From a virus (taxonomy: Duplodnaviria; Heunggongvirae; Uroviricota; Caudoviricetes), in IMG/VR virus record IMGVR_UViG_2579778871_000008: DNA of 39,614 nucleotides. One strand, written 5' to 3'. The translations under genes were made by a program, and so were the position numbers. Shown here piece by piece: positions 1 to 9,466 of this stretch. Position 1 is the first letter of the stretch; every line of letters begins with the position of its first letter. The notes under the pieces were generated by a model. The model saw nothing but the letters and a program-made list of their open reading frames with translations. It made no database searches and had not been told where the DNA came from.

Positions 1-255
1 GTACAGGTTAGAGACCGTCAGTGTCGGACGGGCAGCACTGCCCTTGCCGTTCAGTTCAAATCCCGTCCCCTGAATGGGATACGGCTGATACTGTCGCCCC
101 TGCCAGGTGACCGGCTCACCTTTTTCGTTCTGCTCATTACAGAAAAAATAACGTTCTCCACCGACCTCTGTCAGATCGATTTCCCAGAGCACCACGCTGG
201 CCGACTGCTCCGCACGGGTGCATTCATTCAGTGTTTCCTGCCGGATATCCTGCAT
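1..255 (-). CDS. L: minor tail protein L, partial (N-terminal ~85 aa; 3' end beyond window edge)
   Basis: Minus-strand translation from ATG at 255-253 reads MQDIRQETLNECTRAEQSASVVLWEIDLTEVGGERYFFCNEQNEKGEPVTWQGRQYQPYPIQG, matching recalled lambda gpL N-terminus; start overlaps M stop (ATGA), as in lambda. Confidence 0.85.
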   Translation of the reverse strand, partial: MQDIRQETLNECTRAEQSASVVLWEIDLTEVGGERYFFCNEQNEKGEPVTWQGRQYQPYPIQGTGFELNGKGSAARPTLTVSNLY

Positions 256-584
256 CAGTTCACCACCTGTTTAAACTCTGCGCTGAACTCAACACGCAAC
301 ATACTGACCTGCGACGACCATTTTGCGCAGGTCACCTTTATCTTCCTGTAACCATAAGGCGGCGTCCACAGAAAGGCCTTCCAGCCTCCGTGCTCTGCCA
401 GAAACGACTCCAGCGCCGTGGCCTCCTCACGGGAGACAGACAGCGTCACGCTGTACGTTTTCAGGTCAGCGTTCAGCCCGGCAGGCGCACGCTGGGAATA
501 GCCATCACCAAAGCGCACCTCCCTGACGGAAGGAGCCGATGTCACATCCATCCCGGGTTTCACTTTCCAGCGGAAGGTTTTCAT
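255..584 (-). CDS. M: minor tail protein M
   Basis: 109 aa ORF MKTFRWKVKPGMDV...; same length as lambda gpM and near-identical by recall; sits between H and L. Confidence 0.9.
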   Translation of the reverse strand: MKTFRWKVKPGMDVTSAPSVREVRFGDGYSQRAPAGLNADLKTYSVTLSVSREEATALESFLAEHGGWKAFLWTPPYGYRKIKVTCAKWSSQVSMLRVEFSAEFKQVVN

Positions 585-3142
585 CGTCCACCTCCGGAGA
601 ACAGACCACCATCGCGCATCTGCCCGGTCACAACATCCATTGCCGCCTTACGGGCTACGTCATAAACAGCCTTCAGCGCCTGTGGCCCTATCTGCCCGTT
701 CGTGCCGTCGTTGTTAATCACCACATGGTTATTCTGCTCAAACGTCCCGGACGCCTGCGACCGGCTGTCTGCCATGCTGCCCGGTGTACCGACATAACCG
801 CCGGTGGCATAGCCGCGCATCAGCCGGTAAAGATTCCCCACGCCAATCCGGCTGGTTGCCTCCTTCGTGAAGACAAACTCACCACGGTGAACAATCCCCG
901 CTGGCTCATATTTGCCGCCGGTTCCCGTAAACCCTCCGGTTGCAAAATGGAATTTCGCCGCAGCGGCCTGAATGGCTGTACCGCCTGACGCGGATGCGCC
1001 GCCACCAACAGCCCCGCCAATGGCGCTGCCGATACTCCCGACAATCCCCACCATTGCCTGCTTAAGCAGAATTTCTGTCATCATGGACAGCACGGAACGG
1101 GTGAAGCTGCGCCAGTTCTGTTCACTGCCGGTCAGCATCGCCGCCATATTCTGTGCAATACCATCAAAGGTCTGCGTGGCTGCACTTTTTACCTGCGACA
1201 TACTGTCCGTGGCGCTCTCTTCCCACTCACTCCAGCCGGACTTCAGGCCTGCCATCCAGTTCCCGCGAAGCTGGTCTTCAGCCGCCCAGGTCTTTTTCTG
1301 CTCTGACATGACGTTATTCAGCGCCAGCGGATTATCGCCATACTGTTCATTCAGGCGCTGTTCTGTGGCTTCCCGTTCTGCCTGCCGGTCAGTCAGCCCC
1401 CGGCTTTTCGCATCAATGGCGGCCCGTTTTGCCCGTTGCTGCTGTGCGAATTTATCCGCCTGCTGCGCCAGCGCATTCAGGCGCTCCTGATACGTGACCT
1501 TATCGCCAAGTGCAGCCAGCTGGCGTTTGTACTCCAGCGTCTCATCTTTATGCGCCAGCAGGGATTTCTCCTGTGCGGACAGCTGGCGACGTTGTGCCGC
1601 CTCCTCCAGTACCGCGAACTGACTCTCCGCCTTCCACAAATCCCGGCGCTGCTGGCTGATTTTCTCATTTGCTCCGGCATGCTTCTCCAGCGTCCGGAGT
1701 TCAGCCTGAAGCGTCAGCAGGGCAGCATGAGCACTGTCTTCCTGACGATCGCCCGCAGACACCTTCACGCCGGACTGTTTCGGCTTTTTCAGCGTCGCTT
1801 CATAATCCTTTTTCGCCGCCGCCATCAGCGTGTTGTAATCTGCCTGCAGGATTTTCCCGTCTTTCAGTGCCTTGTTCAGTTCTTCCTGACGGGCGGTATA
1901 TTTCTCCAGCGGCGTCTGCAGCCGTTCGTAAGCCTTCTGCGCCTCTTCGGTATATTTCAGCCGTGACGCTTCGGTATCGCTCTGCTGCTGCGCATTTTTG
2001 TCCTGTTGAGTCTGCTGCTCAGCCTTCTTTCGGGCGGCTTCAAGCGCAAGACGGGCCTTTTCACGATCATCCCAGTAACGCGCCCGCGCTTCATCGTTAA
2101 CAAAATAATCATCCTTGCGCAGATTCCAGATGTCGTCTGCTTTCTTAAACGCAGCCTCTGCCTTAATCAGCATCTCCTGCGCGGTATCAGGACGACCAAT
2201 ATCCAGCACCGCATCCCACATGGATTTGAATGCCCGCGCTGTCCTGTCTGCCCAGGTCTCCAGCGTGCCCATGTTCTCTTTCAGGCGGCGGGTCTGGTCA
2301 TCAAACCCTTTCGTTGCGGCCTCGTTCGCCGCCTGCAATGCCCCGGCTTCATCGCCGGAACGCTGCAACTGAGCAACATACGCAATCTGCTCCGCCGTCA
2401 CGTTATGGAACTGGCGTGCCATCGCCGTCAGCCCCGACGTCGGGTCTGTGGTCAGCTTCCCGAAGGCTTCAGCGACCTTGTCCACCTCCACGCCGGATGC
2501 AGAGGAGAAACGCGCCACACTCTGGCTGATGGACGCAATCTGAGCCTCACCGCTTACCCCCGCCTTAACCAGTGCGCTGAGTGACTCGCTGGTCTGGTTA
2601 AACGTCAGCCCTGCCGCCTGCCCGGCTCTGGACAGGACCAGCATACGATCTGCCGTCAGTCCCGCCTGATTGCCGGAAAGGACCAGCGTTTTGTTGAAAT
2701 CGGACAGGGTTGAGTTGCCCTGATACCAGGCATACGCCAGCGCACCGGTCGCCACCGCCAGCGAGGTGGCCCCCACCATCGGCAGGGTGATCGCACCGGC
2801 AAGCCCCCTGAACATGGGGATCATCCCGCCGAAGGAGTCCTTCACCTGCCCCCCCTGTTGCAGCAGGATCAGCCACGGACTTTGCCCGCCTGCAAGCTGC
2901 GTGGCCACGTCGGTGAACTGTGCAGGCAGCATACGCATGGCGGCTTTATACTGCCCGACGGAAATCCCCGCTTTCTGTGCAGCCAGCGCCTGTCGGCTCA
3001 GCGACTGTTCAACGACTGCCGCTGTTTTTTTCGCATCACTTTCCGTACCGGAAAAATGACGCCTGACTCTGGCCATCTGCTCGTCAAATCTGGCCGCATC
3101 CAGACTCAAATCAACGACCAGATCGCCTACCGGTTCAGCCAT
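581..3142 (-). CDS. H: tail tape measure protein H
   Basis: 853 aa (same as lambda gpH); coiled-coil Ala/Gln-rich middle and Gly-rich C-terminal region; position after G-T. Confidence 0.9.
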   Translation of the reverse strand: MAEPVGDLVVDLSLDAARFDEQMARVRRHFSGTESDAKKTAAVVEQSLSRQALAAQKAGISVGQYKAAMRMLPAQFTDVATQLAGGQSPWLILLQQGGQVKDSFGGMIPMFRGLAGAITLPMVGATSLAVATGALAYAWYQGNSTLSDFNKTLVLSGNQAGLTADRMLVLSRAGQAAGLTFNQTSESLSALVKAGVSGEAQIASISQSVARFSSASGVEVDKVAEAFGKLTTDPTSGLTAMARQFHNVTAEQIAYVAQLQRSGDEAGALQAANEAATKGFDDQTRRLKENMGTLETWADRTARAFKSMWDAVLDIGRPDTAQEMLIKAEAAFKKADDIWNLRKDDYFVNDEARARYWDDREKARLALEAARKKAEQQTQQDKNAQQQSDTEASRLKYTEEAQKAYERLQTPLEKYTARQEELNKALKDGKILQADYNTLMAAAKKDYEATLKKPKQSGVKVSAGDRQEDSAHAALLTLQAELRTLEKHAGANEKISQQRRDLWKAESQFAVLEEAAQRRQLSAQEKSLLAHKDETLEYKRQLAALGDKVTYQERLNALAQQADKFAQQQRAKRAAIDAKSRGLTDRQAEREATEQRLNEQYGDNPLALNNVMSEQKKTWAAEDQLRGNWMAGLKSGWSEWEESATDSMSQVKSAATQTFDGIAQNMAAMLTGSEQNWRSFTRSVLSMMTEILLKQAMVGIVGSIGSAIGGAVGGGASASGGTAIQAAAAKFHFATGGFTGTGGKYEPAGIVHRGEFVFTKEATSRIGVGNLYRLMRGYATGGYVGTPGSMADSRSQASGTFEQNNHVVINNDGTNGQIGPQALKAVYDVARKAAMDVVTGQMRDGGLFSGGGR

Positions 3143-3569
3143 ACCGGACTCCTCCTGCGATCCCTTCTGATACTGTCATCAGCATTACGTCATCCTCCGT
3201 CATGTCCGCCACATCCGGGGAAGTAGGGATAACTTCATTCCCGTCCGGGCCAAAGCGGACACCTCCGGCAAGCCCTGCCGCTTTCTGCATCAGCACATCA
3301 TCTTCAGGCTCTTCGTCAGCCTCACGCCGGTTCAGCAGACTGAAATCCAGCGGATGCATATCCGGATCGCTGAAAAACAGGCTGAGCACGGTGTACGTCA
3401 GCCCGGAAAAGTGCATATCCAGCAGAACATCATGAAAATAATGGGTACTGTAAAAGCGGTGCCAGTCGGCATACTCCGTGGATGACATCCCGGCAAGCAT
3501 GGCACGCCAGTCGGGTCGCCCCATCTCACGCGCCAGTTTCAGGGCAAAACTCAGCTCACCGTCGAACAC
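3135..3569 (-). CDS. T: T segment of tail assembly chaperone G-T (made by -1 frameshift from G)
   Basis: 144 aa frame (lambda gpT is 144 aa) starting inside the G 3' end; the -1 frame after GGGAAAG reads KVFDGELS, continuous with this ORF. Confidence 0.8.
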   Translation of the reverse strand: MFDGELSFALKLAREMGRPDWRAMLAGMSSTEYADWHRFYSTHYFHDVLLDMHFSGLTYTVLSLFFSDPDMHPLDFSLLNRREADEEPEDDVLMQKAAGLAGGVRFGPDGNEVIPTSPDVADMTEDDVMLMTVSEGIAGGVRYG

Positions 3570-3973
3570 TTTCCCGCAGAAACAGGCTCTGCGGGCCCGG
3601 CGTCCTCTGTCTGTTCAGGGGCATTATTCACAACAAACTCATACATACCAGACAGCCGGTACACCACGTTTTCAGCATGAGAAATTGCCTCTGTGGGCCA
3701 GGTGGTAAGCACTTCCTGCTCAATCTGTTTAACGGCTTCATTCATGGACGGCATCTGCGTCTTCTGCGGATGGTTATGCCACAGGGACATCGCCACCAGA
3801 AACGCGCCGGTTCTGATGGCGTCTTCCACAGTAAACTTCCGGTTGCTGTCTGACTCCGCCTGTTCTGCCTGCCGTTTCATCAGGGCGAGATGCTCAATAC
3901 GCTGCAGGGCTGACAGTTCAGAAAGCGTGACGGTCACGCCGTTATGTTCAAATGATTCGGTTTTCAGGAACAT
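3551..3973 (-). CDS. G: tail assembly chaperone G
   Basis: 140 aa (lambda gpG is 140 aa); ends ...AGKCSTVS; slippery site near its 3' end; between V and H. Confidence 0.85.
   Translation of the reverse strand: MFLKTESFEHNGVTVTLSELSALQRIEHLALMKRQAEQAESDSNRKFTVEDAIRTGAFLVAMSLWHNHPQKTQMPSMNEAVKQIEQEVLTTWPTEAISHAENVVYRLSGMYEFVVNNAPEQTEDAGPAEPVSAGKCSTVS
3569..3575 (-). other. programmed -1 ribosomal frameshift slippery heptamer G GGA AAG (G to G-T)
   Basis: Plus strand reads ctttccc at 3569-3575 (minus GGGAAAG); zero frame gives GKCSTVS-stop, -1 frame gives GKVFDGELS continuing into T. Confidence 0.8.
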
Positions 3974-3988
3974 CGCTGACTCTCCGGA

Positions 3989-4759
3989 TTAACTGTCGGT
4001 GACAGTGATTTCTGCAACCGCAGCAAGTTCACCATTACCGGATACAACCGGAATGTTGACCTTACCTGCAGCAACGCCTTTCACGGTGATGGTCATACCA
4101 CTGACCGACACGGTGGCTTTTGTTTTATCCGCTGACACCGCACGGAAGCTCTTGTCGGTTACGCCCTCCGGCTGGAAGGCCACGGTCAGCGTGGTGCTCT
4201 GCCCTTTCACCACCGAGGTGCTGGCAGGCGTCACGGTCATGCCGGTTGCCGCTGTTACCGTGCTGCGATCTTCTGCCATTGACGGACGGCCCACATTGGT
4301 GACCTTCACCGTACGGGTGATCACTTCCTTCGCCGTCACCGCCTTACCGATACTGCTGACCCAGCCACGGAACACATCGACCGTGCCGTTCGGGAAGCGG
4401 ATTTTATAGGCACGGGTATCACCTTCATTAAACCACGCCAGCAGCGCCTGCTGCCCCTGCTCTCCGGGCATCCACGCCAGCGTGAAGCTGGTATCTCCGG
4501 CTGATTTCTGCCCCTGCCCGGTCGCAGTCCAGTCCGCATCTTCATCATCGAGATAACTGTCGTCATAGGACTCAGCGGTCAGTTCGCCGGGCGTCAGGTC
4601 TTTAACTTTAGCCAGACGCGACCAGTCAACGTCTGAAAGCGGGTTCGCATAAGGGTCGCCGCTCCCGTTATAAACCCACAGGGTGGTCCCGGCACCTTTC
4701 ACCGGTATTGCTGGATTTGGTACAGGCATATCGTCCTCACATTTCATAGGTAATGACAT
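3989..4759 (-). CDS. V: major tail protein V, with C-terminal Ig-like domain
   Basis: 256 aa; lambda gpV-like N-terminus [22 protein letters not shown]...; C-terminal TVTPASTSV...ITVTDS block looks Ig-like (Big_2-type); position between U and G. Confidence 0.9.
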   Translation of the reverse strand: MSLPMKCEDDMPVPNPAIPVKGAGTTLWVYNGSGDPYANPLSDVDWSRLAKVKDLTPGELTAESYDDSYLDDEDADWTATGQGQKSAGDTSFTLAWMPGEQGQQALLAWFNEGDTRAYKIRFPNGTVDVFRGWVSSIGKAVTAKEVITRTVKVTNVGRPSMAEDRSTVTAATGMTVTPASTSVVKGQSTTLTVAFQPEGVTDKSFRAVSADKTKATVSVSGMTITVKGVAAGKVNIPVVSGNGELAAVAEITVTDS

Positions 4760-5132
4760 AAGTCAGATCGGCAGAACTCCACAGGCCCGCATCATCGTCG
4801 CGCCGGTAGTCATAGCCACTGGCCACCATACTGGTGAGCAAATCTGACAGTGCCGGGATATCGCTCATCACCGGATAAATCCGGGACTCCATCCACGAAT
4901 CCAGCTCTGAATCCGGTACCTGAGCAGGCAGGAAAACTTCGATATGCAGCTCCGCCTGCCAGGTATCGCTGTCCAGCTCTTCGCCCGTGTATTCAGCGCC
5001 GGTGAGATAAACGGCAACTGCCGGAAAATCCGCCTCATCAAAAACAGCGGGGCGACCATCAAAAAACGTCGCCCCGGTGTCATGCTTCTCCAGTGCATCC
5101 AGTACGGCTGCACGGAGTTCAGTATGTTTCAT
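4737..5132 (-). CDS. U: tail terminator protein U
   Basis: 131 aa [33 protein letters not shown]..., same length and close match to recalled lambda gpU. Confidence 0.9.
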   Translation of the reverse strand: MKHTELRAAVLDALEKHDTGATFFDGRPAVFDEADFPAVAVYLTGAEYTGEELDSDTWQAELHIEVFLPAQVPDSELDSWMESRIYPVMSDIPALSDLLTSMVASGYDYRRDDDAGLWSSADLTYVITYEM

Positions 5133-5707
5133 CGCTTTATTACCATCCTCAGTTGATGCTGCAGCGCATAGCCCAGCTCTTTCGGAAGACGTTCACGCCG
5201 GATCCGCTCAATATTTTGTTTAAACGCCGTGGTCAGCGGCACCGCCATCGGGATTTTCACCACATCAATGGGGTAACGGTTTTTCCCGGCCACACGCTGC
5301 ATGACATGCCACCGGCCATTTTTCAGTTGCTGAATAAACGCGCCGGGAATACGACGGTTTCCCACCACAAGCACGCTGCCGCCACCTTTCAGGGCTGAAC
5401 GCTGCCCCTTTTTACGACGCCTGCGTCGGGACAGGACAATCCGCGCGTTACCCAGCTTGATTACGGGCAAATCCCCCCGGTTAACCTTGATTCTGGCCTG
5501 CGGATTTTTGACCGTGGCCCTTTTCAGCCTGGCCCTTTCCTTTACCAGTTTCCGGCGTACCTTTGTCTCACGGGCAACCTGTGACGCCGACTGCGATATC
5601 GCGGATGAAGCAACGCGGTTAATGGCCATTGCGGCGGCACCGGGCACCGCCGTTCTGCTGATACGGCTGAGGTTTTCAACGGCCTGCTCAAGACCCTGTA
5701 TGGCCAT
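5129..5707 (-). CDS. Z: tail completion protein Z
   Basis: Internal start MAIQGLEQAVENLSRIS... gives 192 aa matching recalled lambda gpZ; the longer ORF to 5773 is a probable N-terminal over-extension. Confidence 0.85.
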   Translation of the reverse strand: MAIQGLEQAVENLSRISRTAVPGAAAMAINRVASSAISQSASQVARETKVRRKLVKERARLKRATVKNPQARIKVNRGDLPVIKLGNARIVLSRRRRRKKGQRSALKGGGSVLVVGNRRIPGAFIQQLKNGRWHVMQRVAGKNRYPIDVVKIPMAVPLTTAFKQNIERIRRERLPKELGYALQHQLRMVIKR

Positions 5708-5718
5708 ACATCCCCCTT

Positions 5719-6072
5719 TCAGCGACGACGGCTGGCGGCAGGTGGTTGCCCCCGGTTGAGCCAGAGATAACAACTCCCTCCGTCATCCGGAGAAACACGG
5801 TCCACCCAGAACATCTCGCCGTTAATGGTCAGCGTGTCACCACGCCGTACAGCACAAACCGTATCCGTAAGCACAAATAATGACGGGTTACTTCCTTCAA
5901 TACGGATCCCACTACTGGCAAAACCCAGCGACTCCGGATCGTCAAAAACGCCATGAACCTCGCCGCCACGCTGTGCACCGGAGGTGAACTGCGCACTGAT
6001 GCCCATCACTTCAACAATCGTACTGTCCACCCCGGCAAGGGCGGCATCAAAGGCATTCTGAAAATCACGCAT
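5719..6072 (-). CDS. FII: head-tail joining protein FII
   Basis: From internal start MRDFQNAFDAA... 117 aa; ends WVDRVSPDDGGSCYLWLNRGQPPAASRRR as recalled for lambda gpFII. Confidence 0.8.
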   Translation of the reverse strand: MRDFQNAFDAALAGVDSTIVEVMGISAQFTSGAQRGGEVHGVFDDPESLGFASSGIRIEGSNPSLFVLTDTVCAVRRGDTLTINGEMFWVDRVSPDDGGSCYLWLNRGQPPAASRRR

Positions 6073-6439
6073 AAACAGCCATTCCACCATCAACGTGTGT
6101 TTTTGCATCTGAGGACATAATCAGAATCACCCGACCAACATCCGCAAGCTCAACGGATTCCCCCGTTTCACCATCAACGCCACAGAGATGGAGGCAGGTC
6201 AGAACTCTGATGCGCGTTAACGCGCCGGATGTTTCCTCACGAACATCATGAGCCGCGGTTTCCCGCTCCCGGATATCCATATTCATAACCTGTACATCAT
6301 CGCCGGATGACTGCATTTCCTCTTCCCATTCTGCCACCCGCTGCGCTATCTCTGCGGCACTCCCGGATATATCCGGCTCACGCCCCAGAATCAGGGCCAG
6401 TTCATCAAGCCGTTTCAGATTTTGCTCTTTCGTTGCCAT
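6065..6439 (-). CDS. FI: DNA packaging protein FI-like
   Basis: 124 aa acidic protein from ATG at 6439 with SD AGGGGG upstream; occupies the FI slot between E and FII; call is by synteny only. Confidence 0.55.
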   Translation of the reverse strand: MATKEQNLKRLDELALILGREPDISGSAAEIAQRVAEWEEEMQSSGDDVQVMNMDIRERETAAHDVREETSGALTRIRVLTCLHLCGVDGETGESVELADVGRVILIMSSDAKTHVDGGMAVYA

Positions 6440-6450
6440 ATCAGCCCCCT

Positions 6451-6481
6451 GTGAAAAAAGACACGGGGGCATTTCGCCCCC
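6451..6481 (-). terminator. intrinsic terminator-like hairpin between E and FI
   Basis: gggggc-atttc-gccccc stem-loop (6465-6481) followed on the minus strand by a T-tract (tctttttt). Confidence 0.5.
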
Positions 6482-6490
6482 GCTCACGGA

Positions 6491-7519
6491 TTATTTCACC
6501 TGTACCACCACAAACTCATCCGGGTCCGGCAACACCATCAGCGGCGCGGACTGCGTCATGGTAAATTCACGGGCGGGATCCCCTACCGTCAGCCAGTGTT
6601 TCGGATAACGGGAAGAGGCCACCACACCTTCGGACAACGCCTGAGCATCCTGAATGGCACCGTAACAACGGATCCCATCTGCAGCAGTATTCCCCAGAAC
6701 CAGCATGCCATCTGGAAGATAACGTTTTTCGATACCGTCTTCTGCTATATAAGACGTTTTCGCCACCACAATGGCCAGATCGCCGTAATACCCCTTGAAG
6801 GACACCACTGCGCCCAGATCTTTCACTGCCGTTTCGAGTTGAGAATTTGAACCGCGACGGGTATCCAGTTTTTCGCGGAACAGCTTAAAACCATTCAGAA
6901 GACGCCAGACGGTACCGTCCATAATGGCAATATTCACAAGACCGCTGGCCTGGTCGCAGTAGAGGTCAATATCATGTGTAGGATCGAACGTGTCACGATC
7001 CTGTTTTGACCACTCCTTACCACTACCCTGAGTGATGTTATTCTTCGTCGACCTGCCAAAATCGACCTCAATTTTCTCGAACTGGTCTCCTTCCATGGTG
7101 TATTTGCCATACAACACAGCATTTACCGCCTGCATTTCTTCCACCTGGACAATCGCGTGCTCTTCCTGTTTGAGGTTATCGGTAATGATACGCAGACGGC
7201 GGTAAGCCGGATCATTCAGTTGAGATGGATCTTCACCAGGAAGGCGCTCAACCGCCTGCTGGTAATTAAATTCGTGTTTCGGCTTGACGTAGCCCGGACG
7301 CAACACGCGGGTTTCACCACCACGATGACGCAGCACTTTTCCTTCAACAACCGGGGAGACATAGGCCGCCACCGGCGTTTTTCCGGTAATTTTGTCCAGC
7401 ATCACCTCTTCGGTATGGAAATTCACCGTACGGCGGAAAAACAGCTCCAGAAACAGCGCACGAAATTTAACTTTTTGTTCGGTATAACCGAGTAACTGGC
7501 GGGTCGTAAACAATCCCAT
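6491..7519 (-). CDS. E: major capsid protein E
   Basis: 342 aa; long identities to recalled lambda gpE (PGYVKPKHE, NITQ, WSK, KEKLDTRRGSN, TAVKDLG, TGDPAREFTM, QSAPLM, DPDEFV). Confidence 0.95.
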   Translation of the reverse strand: MGLFTTRQLLGYTEQKVKFRALFLELFFRRTVNFHTEEVMLDKITGKTPVAAYVSPVVEGKVLRHRGGETRVLRPGYVKPKHEFNYQQAVERLPGEDPSQLNDPAYRRLRIITDNLKQEEHAIVQVEEMQAVNAVLYGKYTMEGDQFEKIEVDFGRSTKNNITQGSGKEWSKQDRDTFDPTHDIDLYCDQASGLVNIAIMDGTVWRLLNGFKLFREKLDTRRGSNSQLETAVKDLGAVVSFKGYYGDLAIVVAKTSYIAEDGIEKRYLPDGMLVLGNTAADGIRCYGAIQDAQALSEGVVASSRYPKHWLTVGDPAREFTMTQSAPLMVLPDPDEFVVVQVK

Positions 7520-7576
7520 AAATCAGTTCCTTTCATTCAGAAATCAGTCAGGCCACCGCGGTGGCCTGATAACGTG

Positions 7577-7924
7577 TTACGGCAGCGCCGCGTGACTCAG
7601 GGCACTGCCAGCAAAGGCGTTGGCCTTTTTGTGTTCATCCACACTTTCAGGCCAGTGGATTGCCTCCGTCGCAAAGGTTCCCGACTTGTAATACGTCAGC
7701 GCCGTCTCTGTGCCGTCAAGCGGCAGTACCAGTATGCCAACCGCACTACCGGCTTTCTGTCCGTCCCAGACCACCAGTTTCCCGGTGGCTTCATCCAGCA
7801 TCAGGGGCGTCAGTGCCGGTGTTGGCGAGGAAATCCCGCTGCTGCCTGTGGCGGTATGAGCCGGATCATTACCGGCAAAAATACGTACTTCCGCACGCTG
7901 TTCAGTGATGGTTTTCGTCACCAT
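7577..7924 (-). CDS. D: head decoration protein D
   Basis: 115 aa; motifs NDPAHTAT, TPLMLD, KSGTF and AFAG shared with recalled lambda gpD. Confidence 0.9.
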   Translation of the reverse strand: MVTKTITEQRAEVRIFAGNDPAHTATGSSGISSPTPALTPLMLDEATGKLVVWDGQKAGSAVGILVLPLDGTETALTYYKSGTFATEAIHWPESVDEHKKANAFAGSALSHAALP

Positions 7925-7960
7925 ATTGTAAAAACCTCCTATTGATGGTCAGCACTGGCT

Positions 7961-9466
7961 TCATGGCATGGCCATGAGCATTTTCACGTCCGCATCACCA
8001 TCTGCTGACGTCTGTGGCACGCCACCCTGTACCGCTGCCGGTGAATGGTTCGCCATGAAATGTTCAAACATGGCGGTTGTGGATGCAGAGACCGGTTCTG
8101 CCTTACCTGATCCCGCAGCCAGCACAGCCCGGGCGCTCTCCACAGTCATTCCCGGGCAGGCAGCCAGCTGTTCAGCCTGCACCTCAGCCCCTTTTGCCTC
8201 ATCCAGTGCCATGATCTGATCACGGAGTGATGGTCCGGCATCCGCCTGCGGTGAAGCAGCCAGGATCGGGCGGGCTTTTTCCACCGTCATCTCCGGCATC
8301 GCCGCCAGTGTTGCCGCCAGTTGTTCACGACCGTTCGCTTCTTCACACGCCATAATGCGATCGGCTTCACTCTGCGTGGATGCCACCGGCTGCTGCGGTG
8401 CCGCCGCGGCCAGAATCGCCCGGGCCTGTTCAACGCTCATGCCCTGTTGTCCTGCCAGCATCGTGGCAAGCTGTTCACGTCCTTTCGCTTCCTGGCATGT
8501 CAGGATCCCCATCACTCGCTGGTTCTCCTGCGCGGCGGCTTCCGTTGCAGTTAATTGCGGCATAGTGCCTCCTCTGACATTACTGTTCAGCGCCGTGGCC
8601 ATCACACTGATGGCATCCGACGCATTGATTAATTCATCCGCCAGCCCGGCCTCAATGCCGGACTGACCTTCAAAAACGGCGGCCTCTGTTCCCGTGACTG
8701 CATCAACAGACAGACCGGTAAACATCGCCACTTTTTCGGCAAACATCCGGCGCGCCGCATCAATCCGCTGCTGCATGTCCTGGCGAACCTCTGCCGGCAA
8801 CGCTTCAAACTGATTGCCATCCACCTTGTGCGCCCCTGAGTAAATCAGCGTGATATCCACACCGGCCTGCGCCAGATGACCGGCATAGCTGACATGGCTC
8901 ATCATCACGCCAATGGAACCGATACGGGATGTCTGGGTAACCAGCCGTCGGGAGCAGGCCGACGCCAGCAGCATGGCTGCAGAACAGGCCGTGTCATTGC
9001 ACAGTGCCCAGACCGGCTTCTGCTGACGGAGGCGGTAAATCATGTCAGCGCAGTCAAACGCGCCGGCGGCCTGCCCGCCCGGACTGTCAATGTCCAGCAG
9101 TACGCCCCGCACCTGGCTATCCGCCATTGCCTGCTGAAGACAGGCGACAATACCGTCATAGCCTGTCATTCCGGAAAATGGCCGCATACCACCCAGCCGG
9201 TGCACCAGCGTGCCGGTCACCGGCAGTACAGCAATACCGTTCACCACCCTGTAAACACGGGCAGGTCGTTTACCTCCGGCCATGTACTCGTCCGTTTCAG
9301 CCAGCATTCCGGGAGCATCAAACTGTACCTGCTGTTGTGGTACCGAAAGACTTGCTGCCCCCATCTCGCGCCCGAGCGCGCAAAAGAAAACCCGCGCATA
9401 GGCGGGCTCCAGAAGCAGCGGTTCATTGAATGCTGCGGCAATAATGTGTGAAAGATTACGTCTCAC
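7961..9466 (-). CDS. C: head maturation protease / scaffold C (with in-frame Nu3-like C-terminal region)
   Basis: 501 aa; AFNEPLLLEPAYARVFFCAL and ClpP/S49-like core (GMTGY, DSPGG, AFDCAD, KPVWAL, SIGVMM) as in lambda gpC; C-terminal repeats explain extra length versus 439 aa. Confidence 0.9.
   Translation of the reverse strand: MRRNLSHIIAAAFNEPLLLEPAYARVFFCALGREMGAASLSVPQQQVQFDAPGMLAETDEYMAGGKRPARVYRVVNGIAVLPVTGTLVHRLGGMRPFSGMTGYDGIVACLQQAMADSQVRGVLLDIDSPGGQAAGAFDCADMIYRLRQQKPVWALCNDTACSAAMLLASACSRRLVTQTSRIGSIGVMMSHVSYAGHLAQAGVDITLIYSGAHKVDGNQFEALPAEVRQDMQQRIDAARRMFAEKVAMFTGLSVDAVTGTEAAVFEGQSGIEAGLADELINASDAISVMATALNSNVRGGTMPQLTATEAAAQENQRVMGILTCQEAKGREQLATMLAGQQGMSVEQARAILAAAAPQQPVASTQSEADRIMACEEANGREQLAATLAAMPEMTVEKARPILAASPQADAGPSLRDQIMALDEAKGAEVQAEQLAACPGMTVESARAVLAAGSGKAEPVSASTTAMFEHFMANHSPAAVQGGVPQTSADGDADVKMLMAMP
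8125..8545 (-). repeat. three imperfect in-frame tandem repeats (~120-130 bp) inside C
   Basis: Protein motif I(M/L)xC/LxEAxGxEQLAxxLAxxPxMTVExARxILAA occurs three times in a row; the DNA shows the recurring ctgttcacg.cc.ttcgcttc pattern. Confidence 0.7.

Noticed and set aside
972-3059. Plus-strand ORFs (172, 176, 143, 192, 85, 99, 97 aa) overlapping the tape measure gene
   Set aside because: They are antisense to a well-supported 853-aa H gene, Ala/Arg/Ser/Cys-rich with low-complexity translations typical of GC-rich antisense frames, and lack ribosome-binding sites.
8876-9451. Plus-strand 191-aa and 141-aa ORFs inside gene C
   Set aside because: Antisense to the conserved head protease/scaffold gene; Arg/Pro/His-rich composition; no SD.
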